Assembly: GCA_001785735.1 (NCBI GenBank)
Contig: MFUP01000014.1
Coordinates: 1 to 56,554 of the forward strand
DNA from: Candidatus Nomurabacteria bacterium RIFCSPLOWO2_01_FULL_33_24
Lineage (GTDB): Bacteria; Patescibacteriota; Minisyncoccia; Phycocordibacterales; MFUP01
DNA: 56,554 bases
Direction: 5' to 3'
The position numbers were made by a program, and so were the translations under genes. Below are positions 36,663 to 45,337 of the stretch, in pieces; the first letter of the stretch is position 1; each line of letters starts with the position of its first letter. The notes beneath the pieces were generated by a model. The model saw nothing but the letters and a program-made list of their open reading frames with translations. It searched no databases and was not told the origin of the DNA.

Positions 36663-38834
36663 ATGAAAACAAAAGAATATTCCGTTGAGATTGGTGGTAA
36701 AAAAATTATCGCTCAATTTACAGATTTAGCTGACCAGGCCGATGGTTCAGTTATTTTAAAATCTGAAGACACGGTGGTTTTTGCTTCGGCGGTAATGTCA
36801 AAAAAGAAGGAAGATCTTGGTTTTTTCAACTTAACTGTTGAATATATGGAAAAATTTTACGCCGCCGGCGAAATATTAGGAAGCCGGTTTACCAGAAGAG
36901 AAGGCCGTCCCTCAAATGAAGCCATTATCACCAGCCGAATGATTGATCGAACTATTCGCCCATTGTTTGAAAAACATATAAAATATGGAGTCCAAATAAT
37001 TGTAATGGTTCTTTCGGTCGGGAAACAAGACCCAGGAATATTAGCTATTAATGCCTCTTCTTTGGCCTTAGGAACCTCTAGTATTCCTTGGGATGGACCA
37101 ATTGGGGCTGTTCAGGTTGGAAAATTAAAAGGAGAGAAGGAATTAAAAATAAATTCTAATCTTTCAATAAAAACTGATACTTCCCAAGATATTGTTTCTA
37201 CTCATGATGTAAATTTGGTTGTTTGCGGAAAAGATGGAAATATAAACATGATAGAAGCAATGGCTTTTGAGTCTCCAGAAGAAGAAATAGGAAAAGCATT
37301 TAATTTAGCTTCAATAGAAATAACTAAGTGGGAAAAATTTCAAAAAGAAATAATCAATGAAACAGGAAAAGAAAAAATAATAATAGAAAAACCAGAAATT
37401 CCTCGTGAAATAATTGATCTCTTTAAGAAAAATCTTGAAGAAAAGGCAAAAAACTATATCTTTAGCGACTCCAAAAAGACAGATCAGTTAAATAAATTTG
37501 GAATAGAAGAATTAGAAAATGAATGGGAAAAACTTATTGAAAATAAATATCCAGAAGATGAGGATCTAAAATCATTAGCTAAAGATTTTATTTATCATAA
37601 AGTTGACGAGATCCTTCATGAAGAAGTTCTTAAAAACAACAAGAGAGCTGACGGGAGAGAGCTAGATGAAGTTAGGCTTATTTATGCTCAAGCTGGAAAT
37701 ATTTCTCCAATCTTGCACGGATCGGGAATATTTTATCGGGGAGCAACTCATGTTTTTTCCGCCTTAACTTTAGGAGGTCCGGAAGATGCTTTCCTGTCTG
37801 ATGGGATAGAAGTTAGGGGAGAAAAAAGATTTATGCATCATTATAATTTTCCTCCGTTTTCCTCTGGAGAAACTGGAAGGGTAGGCGGATTAAACAGGAG
37901 AGAAATTGGTCATGGGACTTTAGCAGAAAAAGCTTTAATCCCAGTTATTCCTTCAAAAGAAGACTTTCCTTACACTATTCGTTTAGTTTCTGAATCGATG
38001 GCCTCAAATGGATCAACTTCTCAAGCTTCAATTTGCGCTAGCACTATTGCTTTAATGGATGGAGGAGTGCCAATAAAAGCCCCCGTCGCTGGTATTGCGA
38101 TAGGTTTAATGATGAGCAAAGTGAAGTCCGCCTCTGGAGAATTAGATTACAAAATCTTAACTGATATTCAGGGACCAGAAGACCATCATGGAGATATGGA
38201 TTTTAAAGTAGCTGGAACTAGGGAGGGGGTAACTGCTATTCAACTGGATATAAAAGTTGGCGGTATCCCAATTAAAATCTTAGAAGAAGGGTTGAGACAA
38301 GCTAAGAAAGCTCGTTTAGAAATTTTAGATATCATTGAAAAAGAAATAGAGAAACCAAGATTAAATATTTCTTCTAATGCTCCAAAAATTCTTATTACTA
38401 AAATTAAAACAGATCAAATTGGTCTTCTGATTGGACCTGGAGGAAAAACTATTAATGGCATAAAAGATAGGACCGGGGCTGATATTAAAGTAGAAGACGA
38501 TGGATCTGTTTATCTAACTGGGAAAAATGGTTCCGCGGAAGAAGCCTTAAAAATAGTTGAAGAATTAACTCATGAATATAAAATTGGTGATACTGCTGAG
38601 GGGGTAGTAGTAAAAGTGCTAGATTTTGGAGCTTTTGTTAAAATTAGTCCTACTACTGAAGGATTGGTTCATATTTCTGAGCTTGCTTCGTTTAGGGTGG
38701 ACGATATTTTTAAAATCATAAAGGAAGGAGAAAAAGTCCCAGTAAAAATTATAAAAGTTGATAATGGAAAATTGGGATTATCAATAAAAGCAATTAAACC
38801 AGACTTTTTTCCAAAACCTTTTATAAAAAAATAA
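36663..38834 (+). CDS. pnp: polyribonucleotide nucleotidyltransferase (PNPase)
   Basis: Two RNase PH-like domains (FTRREGRPS, RADGR, GHGTLAEKAL, DHHGDMDFKVAGT), a KH domain (LIGPGGKTINGI) and an S1 domain (GAFVKISPTTEGLVHISEL). Confidence 0.95.
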   Translation: MKTKEYSVEIGGKKIIAQFTDLADQADGSVILKSEDTVVFASAVMSKKKEDLGFFNLTVEYMEKFYAAGEILGSRFTRREGRPSNEAIITSRMIDRTIRPLFEKHIKYGVQIIVMVLSVGKQDPGILAINASSLALGTSSIPWDGPIGAVQVGKLKGEKELKINSNLSIKTDTSQDIVSTHDVNLVVCGKDGNINMIEAMAFESPEEEIGKAFNLASIEITKWEKFQKEIINETGKEKIIIEKPEIPREIIDLFKKNLEEKAKNYIFSDSKKTDQLNKFGIEELENEWEKLIENKYPEDEDLKSLAKDFIYHKVDEILHEEVLKNNKRADGRELDEVRLIYAQAGNISPILHGSGIFYRGATHVFSALTLGGPEDAFLSDGIEVRGEKRFMHHYNFPPFSSGETGRVGGLNRREIGHGTLAEKALIPVIPSKEDFPYTIRLVSESMASNGSTSQASICASTIALMDGGVPIKAPVAGIAIGLMMSKVKSASGELDYKILTDIQGPEDHHGDMDFKVAGTREGVTAIQLDIKVGGIPIKILEEGLRQAKKARLEILDIIEKEIEKPRLNISSNAPKILITKIKTDQIGLLIGPGGKTINGIKDRTGADIKVEDDGSVYLTGKNGSAEEALKIVEELTHEYKIGDTAEGVVVKVLDFGAFVKISPTTEGLVHISELASFRVDDIFKIIKEGEKVPVKIIKVDNGKLGLSIKAIKPDFFPKPFIKK

Positions 38835-38859
38835 TCTCATTAGAATAAAACAATTTGAT

Positions 38860-39723
38860 ATGAATCTAGGTTCAATTCAAAAAAATAATAAAGAAGAAAA
38901 AAACAGAAGATATATTGTTAGAACTTATACCTCTGATATAGAAGAAGCTTTGCGTAAAGAAAATGGTTCTGTGGTAAAAATTGCGATTGATGAACAGAAA
39001 AAAAAAGATTATCTTTCTTTAGAACCTAAAAAAAATAGATTTTGGGTGATTATTAGCATTGTTTTGTTTGTGATTGGATTAGGAGTTATTATTATTTTAT
39101 TAATTCCAAAAAAAGAAACGGGGGGCGTCTTAAAAAACACACCAATAATTAAACCAATTATTGCTTCAGAGATAATTAAAAATATAGATATTGCTGGGGT
39201 TGATAAAGACAGAATTATGAGATTTATCGCTGACGAATTAAATAATAATACTCTTCGTTTGGATGTTGTTGAAAATATTAATCTTGTTGAAAATATCTCT
39301 TTAGGAGAACAACCGATCGAAACTAGCAGATTTCTTCACTTAATTGGAAGCCGGGTTCCCCCTCCTTTACTTAGATCTTTGGATGATTATTTTATGATCG
39401 GACTTTATGCTTTTGACGGTAATAATTTGTTTGTTTTGTTTAAAACAAGTTCATATGAAAATACTTTTGCTGGAATGCTGGACTGGGAGAGCGAAATATT
39501 TGGTGAGTTTTATCAAATGTTTAATATTGATGTTTCGGGAGAAAGATCAGAATTATTTAATAAAAAATTTAAGGATATCTTTGTAAGAAACAGAGATGCC
39601 CGAGCTATTATAGATGAAAACGGGGAAATTGTTTTGATGTATTTATTTATTAATAAAAATACAATTATTATCACTCGGGACGAGAATTCTTTATTGGAAG
39701 TAATAACTAGGCTAGGAAATTAA
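38860..39723 (+). CDS. hypothetical single-pass membrane protein with N-terminal RT[YF]xSD motif
   Basis: 287-aa ORF with motif IVRTYTSDIEEAL and a TM helix (FWVIISIVLFVIGLGVIIILLI). Confidence 0.55.
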   Translation: MNLGSIQKNNKEEKNRRYIVRTYTSDIEEALRKENGSVVKIAIDEQKKKDYLSLEPKKNRFWVIISIVLFVIGLGVIIILLIPKKETGGVLKNTPIIKPIIASEIIKNIDIAGVDKDRIMRFIADELNNNTLRLDVVENINLVENISLGEQPIETSRFLHLIGSRVPPPLLRSLDDYFMIGLYAFDGNNLFVLFKTSSYENTFAGMLDWESEIFGEFYQMFNIDVSGERSELFNKKFKDIFVRNRDARAIIDENGEIVLMYLFINKNTIIITRDENSLLEVITRLGN

Positions 39724-39748
39724 AGTTAAAAAATGCTATTATATAGAA

Positions 39749-40108
39749 ATGAGTAAATTAAATCTAGAATATTATAAGAAAAATTTAGAGGAAGAAAAAA
39801 CACTTTTGGAAGGTCAGCTTTCTGAATTGGGAGTTGTTGATCCAAAAAGTAATGACTGGGGAGCAATTCTTCCAGGTAAAGATGATCAAGCAGATCCTAG
39901 TATTGCCGCTGATCGCTTGGAAGATTTTGGCGAGAGAAGCGCTACTTTGGGGGAATTAGAGATAAGATATAAAAGTATTTTGGAAGCCTTAAAAAAAATA
40001 GAAATAGGAGGGTATGGGGTTTGCAAAATTTGTAAAGAGATAATTGAAACCAAAAGACTAGAAGCTAATCCTTCTTCTAATACCTGTATTAAACACAAAG
40101 AAGAGTAA
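39749..40108 (+). CDS. DksA/TraR-family C4 zinc-finger protein
   Basis: C-terminal GVCKICKEIIETKRLEANPSSNTCIKH four-Cys finger after a coiled-coil region. Confidence 0.75.
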   Translation: MSKLNLEYYKKNLEEEKTLLEGQLSELGVVDPKSNDWGAILPGKDDQADPSIAADRLEDFGERSATLGELEIRYKSILEALKKIEIGGYGVCKICKEIIETKRLEANPSSNTCIKHKEE

Positions 40109-40109
40109 A

Positions 40110-41651
40110 ATGGCTTTCTCGCGTGTTTATTCTGCTCAAACTAATTTATTAAAAGGACAAATTATTACTATTGAAACAGACCTTTCCCGAGGACTGCATT
40201 CATTTAATATTGTTGGTCTCCCAGACAAAGCGGTTGAGGAATCAAAAGACAGAGTTAGTTCAGCTATAAAAAATTCTGGTTATAAATCACCCAAAAGTAC
40301 TAATCAAAAAATAATTGTTTCTCTCGCTCCGGCTGATTTCAAAAAAGAGGGCCCTTTTTTTGATTTAGCAGTTGCTTTGGGCTATCTTTTATCTTCTGGG
40401 GAGATAAACTTTGCCCCGGAGAAAAAAATTTTTTTAGGGGAACTTTCCTTAAATGGGGAATTACAAAGTATCCGAGGAGCTCTTCCGTTGGTAGAAGAGG
40501 CAAAAAATAATGGATTTGAAGAAATTTTTTTACCTAAGCAAAATACTAAAGAGGCGGCTTTAATTGATGGCGTTAAAATTTTTGGAGCTAGTAATTTAAA
40601 AGAAGTAATTAATCATTTAAATTTAAAACAAGAAACAGATATTAATAAAAATTTTAAACTTTCTCCGGAAGAAAAAACTATTATTAAAAAGGGGATAAAA
40701 AAATATAACATAGATTTTTCTGATATTAGGGGACAAGAGGGGGCTAAAAGGGGATTGGAAATTGCGGCCGCTGGTGGCCACAATATTGCTATGACTGGAC
40801 CGGCAGGAACAGGAAAAACAATGTTGGCGAGAGTTTTTTCTCAGATTTTACCGGAATTAGATAACAACGAGATTTTAGAAATTACCAGCATCCACTCAAT
40901 AGCAGGAACCCTGAAAGATAATTTATTAACGGAGCCACCTTTTAGAGCTCCTCATCATACTGCTTCTCATGTTTCTATTGTTGGAGGAGGAGTTTACCCT
41001 AAACCAGGGGAAATAACTTTGGCTCATCGAGGAGTTCTTTTCTTGGATGAGTTCCCGGAGTTTGAAAAAAGAGTAATTGAATCACTTCGTCAACCATTAG
41101 AAGATAATATTGTTAATATTTCTCGAGCCAAAGGATCAGCTGTCTTCCCGTCAAATTTTATTTTAATCGCGGCCATGAATCCATGCCCTTGTGGCAATCT
41201 CGGATCTGAAAATAAAGAATGTATTTGTCGACCAAGCGATTTAGCTCGCTATCAAAGAAAACTCTCTGGACCAATTATGGATCGGATTGATATTTGGGTT
41301 CAAGTAGGAAATGTTGATTATCAAAAATTAGGAGGGGAGAGTTCTGGGGAAAAAACAAGAACAATTAAAAAAAGAGTGGCTGGGGCGCGGCAAAGACAAG
41401 AAAAGAGATTTAAAAAATTTAGACGAAATATAAAAAATAATAGCGCCATGAATGTTAAAGACATTACTAAAATTACTCCTCTTGGTATTGAAGTTAGAGA
41501 ACTTTTAAACCAAAGTGCGGAAAAATTAAGTTTGTCGGCTCGCGCTTATCACCGAGTGATAAAACTAGCTCGGACTATTGCTGATTTGGAAGAATCTGAA
41601 GAAATTAAAACCTCTCATCTTCTAGAAGCCTTACAATACCGCCCCCGATAG
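40110..41651 (+). CDS. YifB/ComM-family Mg-chelatase-like ATPase
   Basis: Lon-like N-domain, Walker A (GPAGTGKTMLA), Walker B (VLFLDEFPEF), and a C-terminal LSARAYHRVIKLARTIADLE segment. Confidence 0.88.
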   Translation: MAFSRVYSAQTNLLKGQIITIETDLSRGLHSFNIVGLPDKAVEESKDRVSSAIKNSGYKSPKSTNQKIIVSLAPADFKKEGPFFDLAVALGYLLSSGEINFAPEKKIFLGELSLNGELQSIRGALPLVEEAKNNGFEEIFLPKQNTKEAALIDGVKIFGASNLKEVINHLNLKQETDINKNFKLSPEEKTIIKKGIKKYNIDFSDIRGQEGAKRGLEIAAAGGHNIAMTGPAGTGKTMLARVFSQILPELDNNEILEITSIHSIAGTLKDNLLTEPPFRAPHHTASHVSIVGGGVYPKPGEITLAHRGVLFLDEFPEFEKRVIESLRQPLEDNIVNISRAKGSAVFPSNFILIAAMNPCPCGNLGSENKECICRPSDLARYQRKLSGPIMDRIDIWVQVGNVDYQKLGGESSGEKTRTIKKRVAGARQRQEKRFKKFRRNIKNNSAMNVKDITKITPLGIEVRELLNQSAEKLSLSARAYHRVIKLARTIADLEESEEIKTSHLLEALQYRPR

Positions 41652-41704
41652 GTAAATAGTTATAAATTATAATTTTAGAAGCCTAAAAATTTTATCTTTT
41701 ATCT

Positions 41705-42757
41705 CTATTGTGCCCAAGAGTTGTCTATTTCTGGATTTTTGGCGCCTCTAACCTCAAAGTGAAGATGTGGTCCGGTTGAGCGTCCGGTATTACCAGAATA
41801 ACCAACCACTTGCCCTTGGACAACATTAACTCCTTGGTTAATGGCGGTACTATTCAGGTGGGCATAGAGAGTTTTTGTTCCATTGTCATGATCAATCACT
41901 ATGTATTTACCATAACCACCATTATATCCTCTATCTCTGACTAAATTAACCTTTCCGGAGGCCGAAGCGACAACTGGGGTTCCAGTACTAACAGCAAGGT
42001 CAACAGCATTAAACCCATGAATTCCTTGTGATCTTCTTCCTCCAGAAACTGGACGAATATAATAATCAGAATATTCAAGACCTCCGCCCCAAGAAGATCC
42101 TTTTTTATTGGAAGCCTTAGTTGTCGTGCTAGACGCGCTTTTCACAGTAATTTTTACTCCTCCCGGGATAAAGATCTCTTCGCCAACAACCAAAGCTTTG
42201 GGATTAATATCATTAAAAATAGATATTTCTTCTATCCCTTCTTCGCTTACTTTAAAATTTTTAATAATACTCCCCAAAGTATCTCCTTTTTTGATTGTAT
42301 ATTTAACACCGTCAACAGGCGGGATTTCAAGTATCTGTCCTATTTTAATAGATCCTTTAGAACTAAGGTCGTTGGCCCAAAAAATCGTATTTTCTTTAAG
42401 ATCAAAGGCTTGAGCAATTTGAGAAATGGTATCTCCTTCTCTCACAATATAAAAATTTATTTTCCCCGGAGAGAAAGTTTCAGATTCTAAATCAGCAATT
42501 GTTCCTAATGGGCCACTAAATGGAATCAGGGTTGAATCAATAATAACAATATCTCCGCCACCAAAAGGCGCTATCATGTTTGGTATTTCTGTATCAAGTA
42601 AAAGAATTGACTGAGAATTAAAACTAATTTCTTCTGTGATTCTATTTTTTTTATCAAAATTAAAAATATTAACAGCCGAGGAAAAAAAGACCGCACTAAC
42701 CCCAAAAGGAATAATAATAATCAGGATCAAAACAAGAAAGCCCAAAGACGATCTCAT
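41705..42757 (-). CDS. LysM-domain M23 metallopeptidase (peptidoglycan hydrolase)
   Basis: N-terminal TM helix, two LysM-like repeats (YIVREGDTISQIAQAF; YTIKKGDTLGSII), and M23 motifs HGFNAVDLA and GPHLHFEVR. Confidence 0.88.
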   Translation of the reverse strand: MRSSLGFLVLILIIIIPFGVSAVFFSSAVNIFNFDKKNRITEEISFNSQSILLLDTEIPNMIAPFGGGDIVIIDSTLIPFSGPLGTIADLESETFSPGKINFYIVREGDTISQIAQAFDLKENTIFWANDLSSKGSIKIGQILEIPPVDGVKYTIKKGDTLGSIIKNFKVSEEGIEEISIFNDINPKALVVGEEIFIPGGVKITVKSASSTTTKASNKKGSSWGGGLEYSDYYIRPVSGGRRSQGIHGFNAVDLAVSTGTPVVASASGKVNLVRDRGYNGGYGKYIVIDHDNGTKTLYAHLNSTAINQGVNVVQGQVVGYSGNTGRSTGPHLHFEVRGAKNPEIDNSWAQ

Positions 42758-43002
42758 TGATTGAAACTTGATATAAAAGTAATTTGTCGCCCGACTATCA
42801 ATATCTGATTTGGAACCATCGGGGTCCTGTTTATTAGGTTTGATAAGCCAAAAAATGTTATTTTAACGGTCTTTTCAGACAAAACTCCTTTACAGAAACA
42901 AGCCCTAAGGCCTCACTTTAGAAAGCATATCTCAAAAAGAGGAGGGGGTCAATGGGACTGTGGAAATCTTTCTAACTCCCCCAAAAATGCTAAAATAGAA
43001 AA

Positions 43003-43794
43003 ATGAAAGCAAAGAAATCACTTGGGCAACATTTTTTAACATCCTTAAAAGTAGTGGGCGATATTGTTAGAGCTGGGAATATCAAAAAAGGTGATCTTGT
43101 CCTAGAAATTGGCCCGGGAAAGGGAGTTTTAACCAGGAAACTTCTTTTTTTGGCCAAGAAAGTAATAGCCATAGATAAGGATAGGGAATTAGTTTTTTTC
43201 CTTCAAGAAAAATTTAAAGGAGAAATAGAATCAAAAAGGCTAAAATTAATTCATCAAGACATATTAAATTACTCCCCGCCAAGTTACCCTTACAAACTAG
43301 TAGCCAACATTCCTTATTACATTACTGGTGAAATATTTAGAAAATTCCTTTCTTCTAATCACCAACCAAAAAGCATGATTTTATTGGTCCAGAAAGAAGT
43401 AGCCAGAAGGATAATGGCTCATGATGGCAAAGAAAGCATTTTATCTATTAGTATCAAGGCTTATGGCCAACCAAAATATCTGGGAGTAGTAAAAGCTAAA
43501 AATTTTAAACCAGAACCTAAAGTGGATTCAGCTATTTTATTAATAGACAAAATATCAAAAGATTTTTTTCAGAAGATGGGTGAACAAAAATTCTTTAGTA
43601 TTTTAAAAATAGGCTTCGCTCACAAAAGAAAAATGCTAATTGGAAATTTAGGGAAGATTGCTTCAAGAAAAAAACTAGAAGAAATATTTGAGAAATGCAA
43701 TCTTCCAAAAAAAATCAGGGCCGAAGATTTAAGCCCTGAAAATTGGAAGAGTTTGTTTCTTAATATTTTTACCAGGGGGAAGTCCCAAACATAG
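43003..43794 (+). CDS. rsmA: 16S rRNA (adenine1518/1519-N6)-dimethyltransferase
   Basis: KSLGQHFL, VLEIGPGKGVLT, LVANIPYYITGEI. Confidence 0.9.
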   Translation: MKAKKSLGQHFLTSLKVVGDIVRAGNIKKGDLVLEIGPGKGVLTRKLLFLAKKVIAIDKDRELVFFLQEKFKGEIESKRLKLIHQDILNYSPPSYPYKLVANIPYYITGEIFRKFLSSNHQPKSMILLVQKEVARRIMAHDGKESILSISIKAYGQPKYLGVVKAKNFKPEPKVDSAILLIDKISKDFFQKMGEQKFFSILKIGFAHKRKMLIGNLGKIASRKKLEEIFEKCNLPKKIRAEDLSPENWKSLFLNIFTRGKSQT

Positions 43795-44308
43795 TGACCT
43801 GGGTTAAATTAATAATGACTGGCGACACTGTTACTTCTGATGCTGGACCAACGCCATTTGTACAAGTACAAATACCTATTTGCGTTGGGGTTGAGGAAGA
43901 GTAAAGTCCTAATATCCATCTGTTAATGGCAATTGAGGGAATCCGTCGAGTTTTATCATCTGCTGAAGCGGGAATACAATAACCCTCTGAAGCAGTGGTT
44001 AATTTTAGTTTCGGCAAATCTGGTTTTAAGTTAAAAGTTCCAAGACCACATGAGACATCTACGGTAGGCTCCCAAAAAACTCCTTCGTTTCCACCACAAA
44101 TCAAAAGGGTCTCGCATTGTATTTTTTTTTCTTCTAAAATTAGGGCTGGTTTCATAATTATCTTCCCTCCAAATGGTGAGTTTCCTAAAGATCCTAACCC
44201 AGCGATAACATTATTTGTTCCTAAATTACTATTAGGGATAATAAAAACTAAAATTAATAATAGAACAACAGCGGGAATTAAAAAAAGAAATTTAAAATTT
44301 TTTTTCAT
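43769..44308 (-). CDS. hypothetical secreted Cys-rich protein
   Basis: Signal/anchor MKKNFKFLFLIPAVVLLLILVFII and eight Cys residues. The 3' end overlaps the rsmA 3' end by 26 nt (convergent). Confidence 0.5.
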   Translation of the reverse strand: MKKNFKFLFLIPAVVLLLILVFIIPNSNLGTNNVIAGLGSLGNSPFGGKIIMKPALILEEKKIQCETLLICGGNEGVFWEPTVDVSCGLGTFNLKPDLPKLKLTTASEGYCIPASADDKTRRIPSIAINRWILGLYSSSTPTQIGICTCTNGVGPASEVTVSPVIINLTQVTMFGTSPW

Positions 44309-44386
44309 ATTTATATTAACATTATAAATTAAAATTGCTCTAAAATCTAGTAAAAATGTGGTAGATTATATTATATAACCAATATA

Positions 44387-45304
44387 ATGAATAAATATTT
44401 ACCAAGTAAAAAATTTATTGTCATTTTAAGTATTTTGATTGTTCTAAGTTTATTTTTTTTAATCATCAGTTATCAATCAGCAGGAAAGGTTAACTTTAAA
44501 AAGAAAAATCCAAGCAAAGAAATGTTGGCCATCCAGGGAAGGCCACTACCAATAAATATCACTCAGATAGACACCGATGGAGACGGAATAAAAGATTGGG
44601 AAGAATCTTTGTGGGGAACAAATCCTAAAAACAAAGATTCTGACGGAGATGGAATTTCTGACAATGAAGAAGTTGAAATAAAAAGAAAAGGGTTGGAAAT
44701 AAATTTAAATGAGGAAGGGGAAATTGAGAATTTGAATGAAACTGAAATATTTTCTCGTGAATTTTTTGCAACAGTTGTTGCTCTAAGTGAGTCTGGAAAT
44801 TTAAATGAAATAACAATTAATGAATTAGCAAATACTTTTGGTGAATCAATAATAAAACAAGAAATACCCGATACTTTCTATTCATCCGATTTAAAATTAA
44901 TTGGGGCGGGTCCCCTTGGAGCAAAAACATATTATAACCAAATAAAAACAATTACCGATAAATATAATAGCGAGGGAATTGGTTCAGAGTTAGAAATAGT
45001 TTCCCAAGCTTTATCTTCTCAAAATGTTCTTGTCCTTGAGAAACTTAAAGATATTAGTTTAGCTTATAAATCATTTGCTCAAGATGCCAGTAAAATAAGT
45101 ATTCCTTCTGATTTATTAAATACTCATTTAAGTTTAATAAATAATTATCAAAAAATTAGTCAGTCTATTAATGGAATGGGGTCTTTATTAGATAATCCAA
45201 TTATTGGATTATCTAATTTGAGGCAATACAAACAATATTACAGAGAACTTGAGAAGGTGGTTCTGGAATTAGAAGAATATTTTATTAAAAATGGTATAAT
45301 TTAG
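44387..45304 (+). CDS. membrane-anchored protein with thrombospondin-type-3-like Asp-rich calcium-binding repeats
   Basis: TM helix FIVILSILIVLSLFFLII, then DTDGDGIKDWEE...NPKNKDSDGDGISDNEE. First gene of the co-directional operon. Confidence 0.55.
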   Translation: MNKYLPSKKFIVILSILIVLSLFFLIISYQSAGKVNFKKKNPSKEMLAIQGRPLPINITQIDTDGDGIKDWEESLWGTNPKNKDSDGDGISDNEEVEIKRKGLEINLNEEGEIENLNETEIFSREFFATVVALSESGNLNEITINELANTFGESIIKQEIPDTFYSSDLKLIGAGPLGAKTYYNQIKTITDKYNSEGIGSELEIVSQALSSQNVLVLEKLKDISLAYKSFAQDASKISIPSDLLNTHLSLINNYQKISQSINGMGSLLDNPIIGLSNLRQYKQYYRELEKVVLELEEYFIKNGII

Positions 45305-45337
45305 GTAAGGCAGAAAGTTAATCTGTGATTTTTTGGT

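Noticed and set aside
42758-43002. c-di-AMP (ydaO-type) riboswitch upstream of the LysM-M23 peptidase
   Set aside because: Only vague G-rich and C-rich patches are present. I could not find the paired ACGGGGA / CCCGAAUCC-type conserved cores, so it is kept only as an unexplained long leader.
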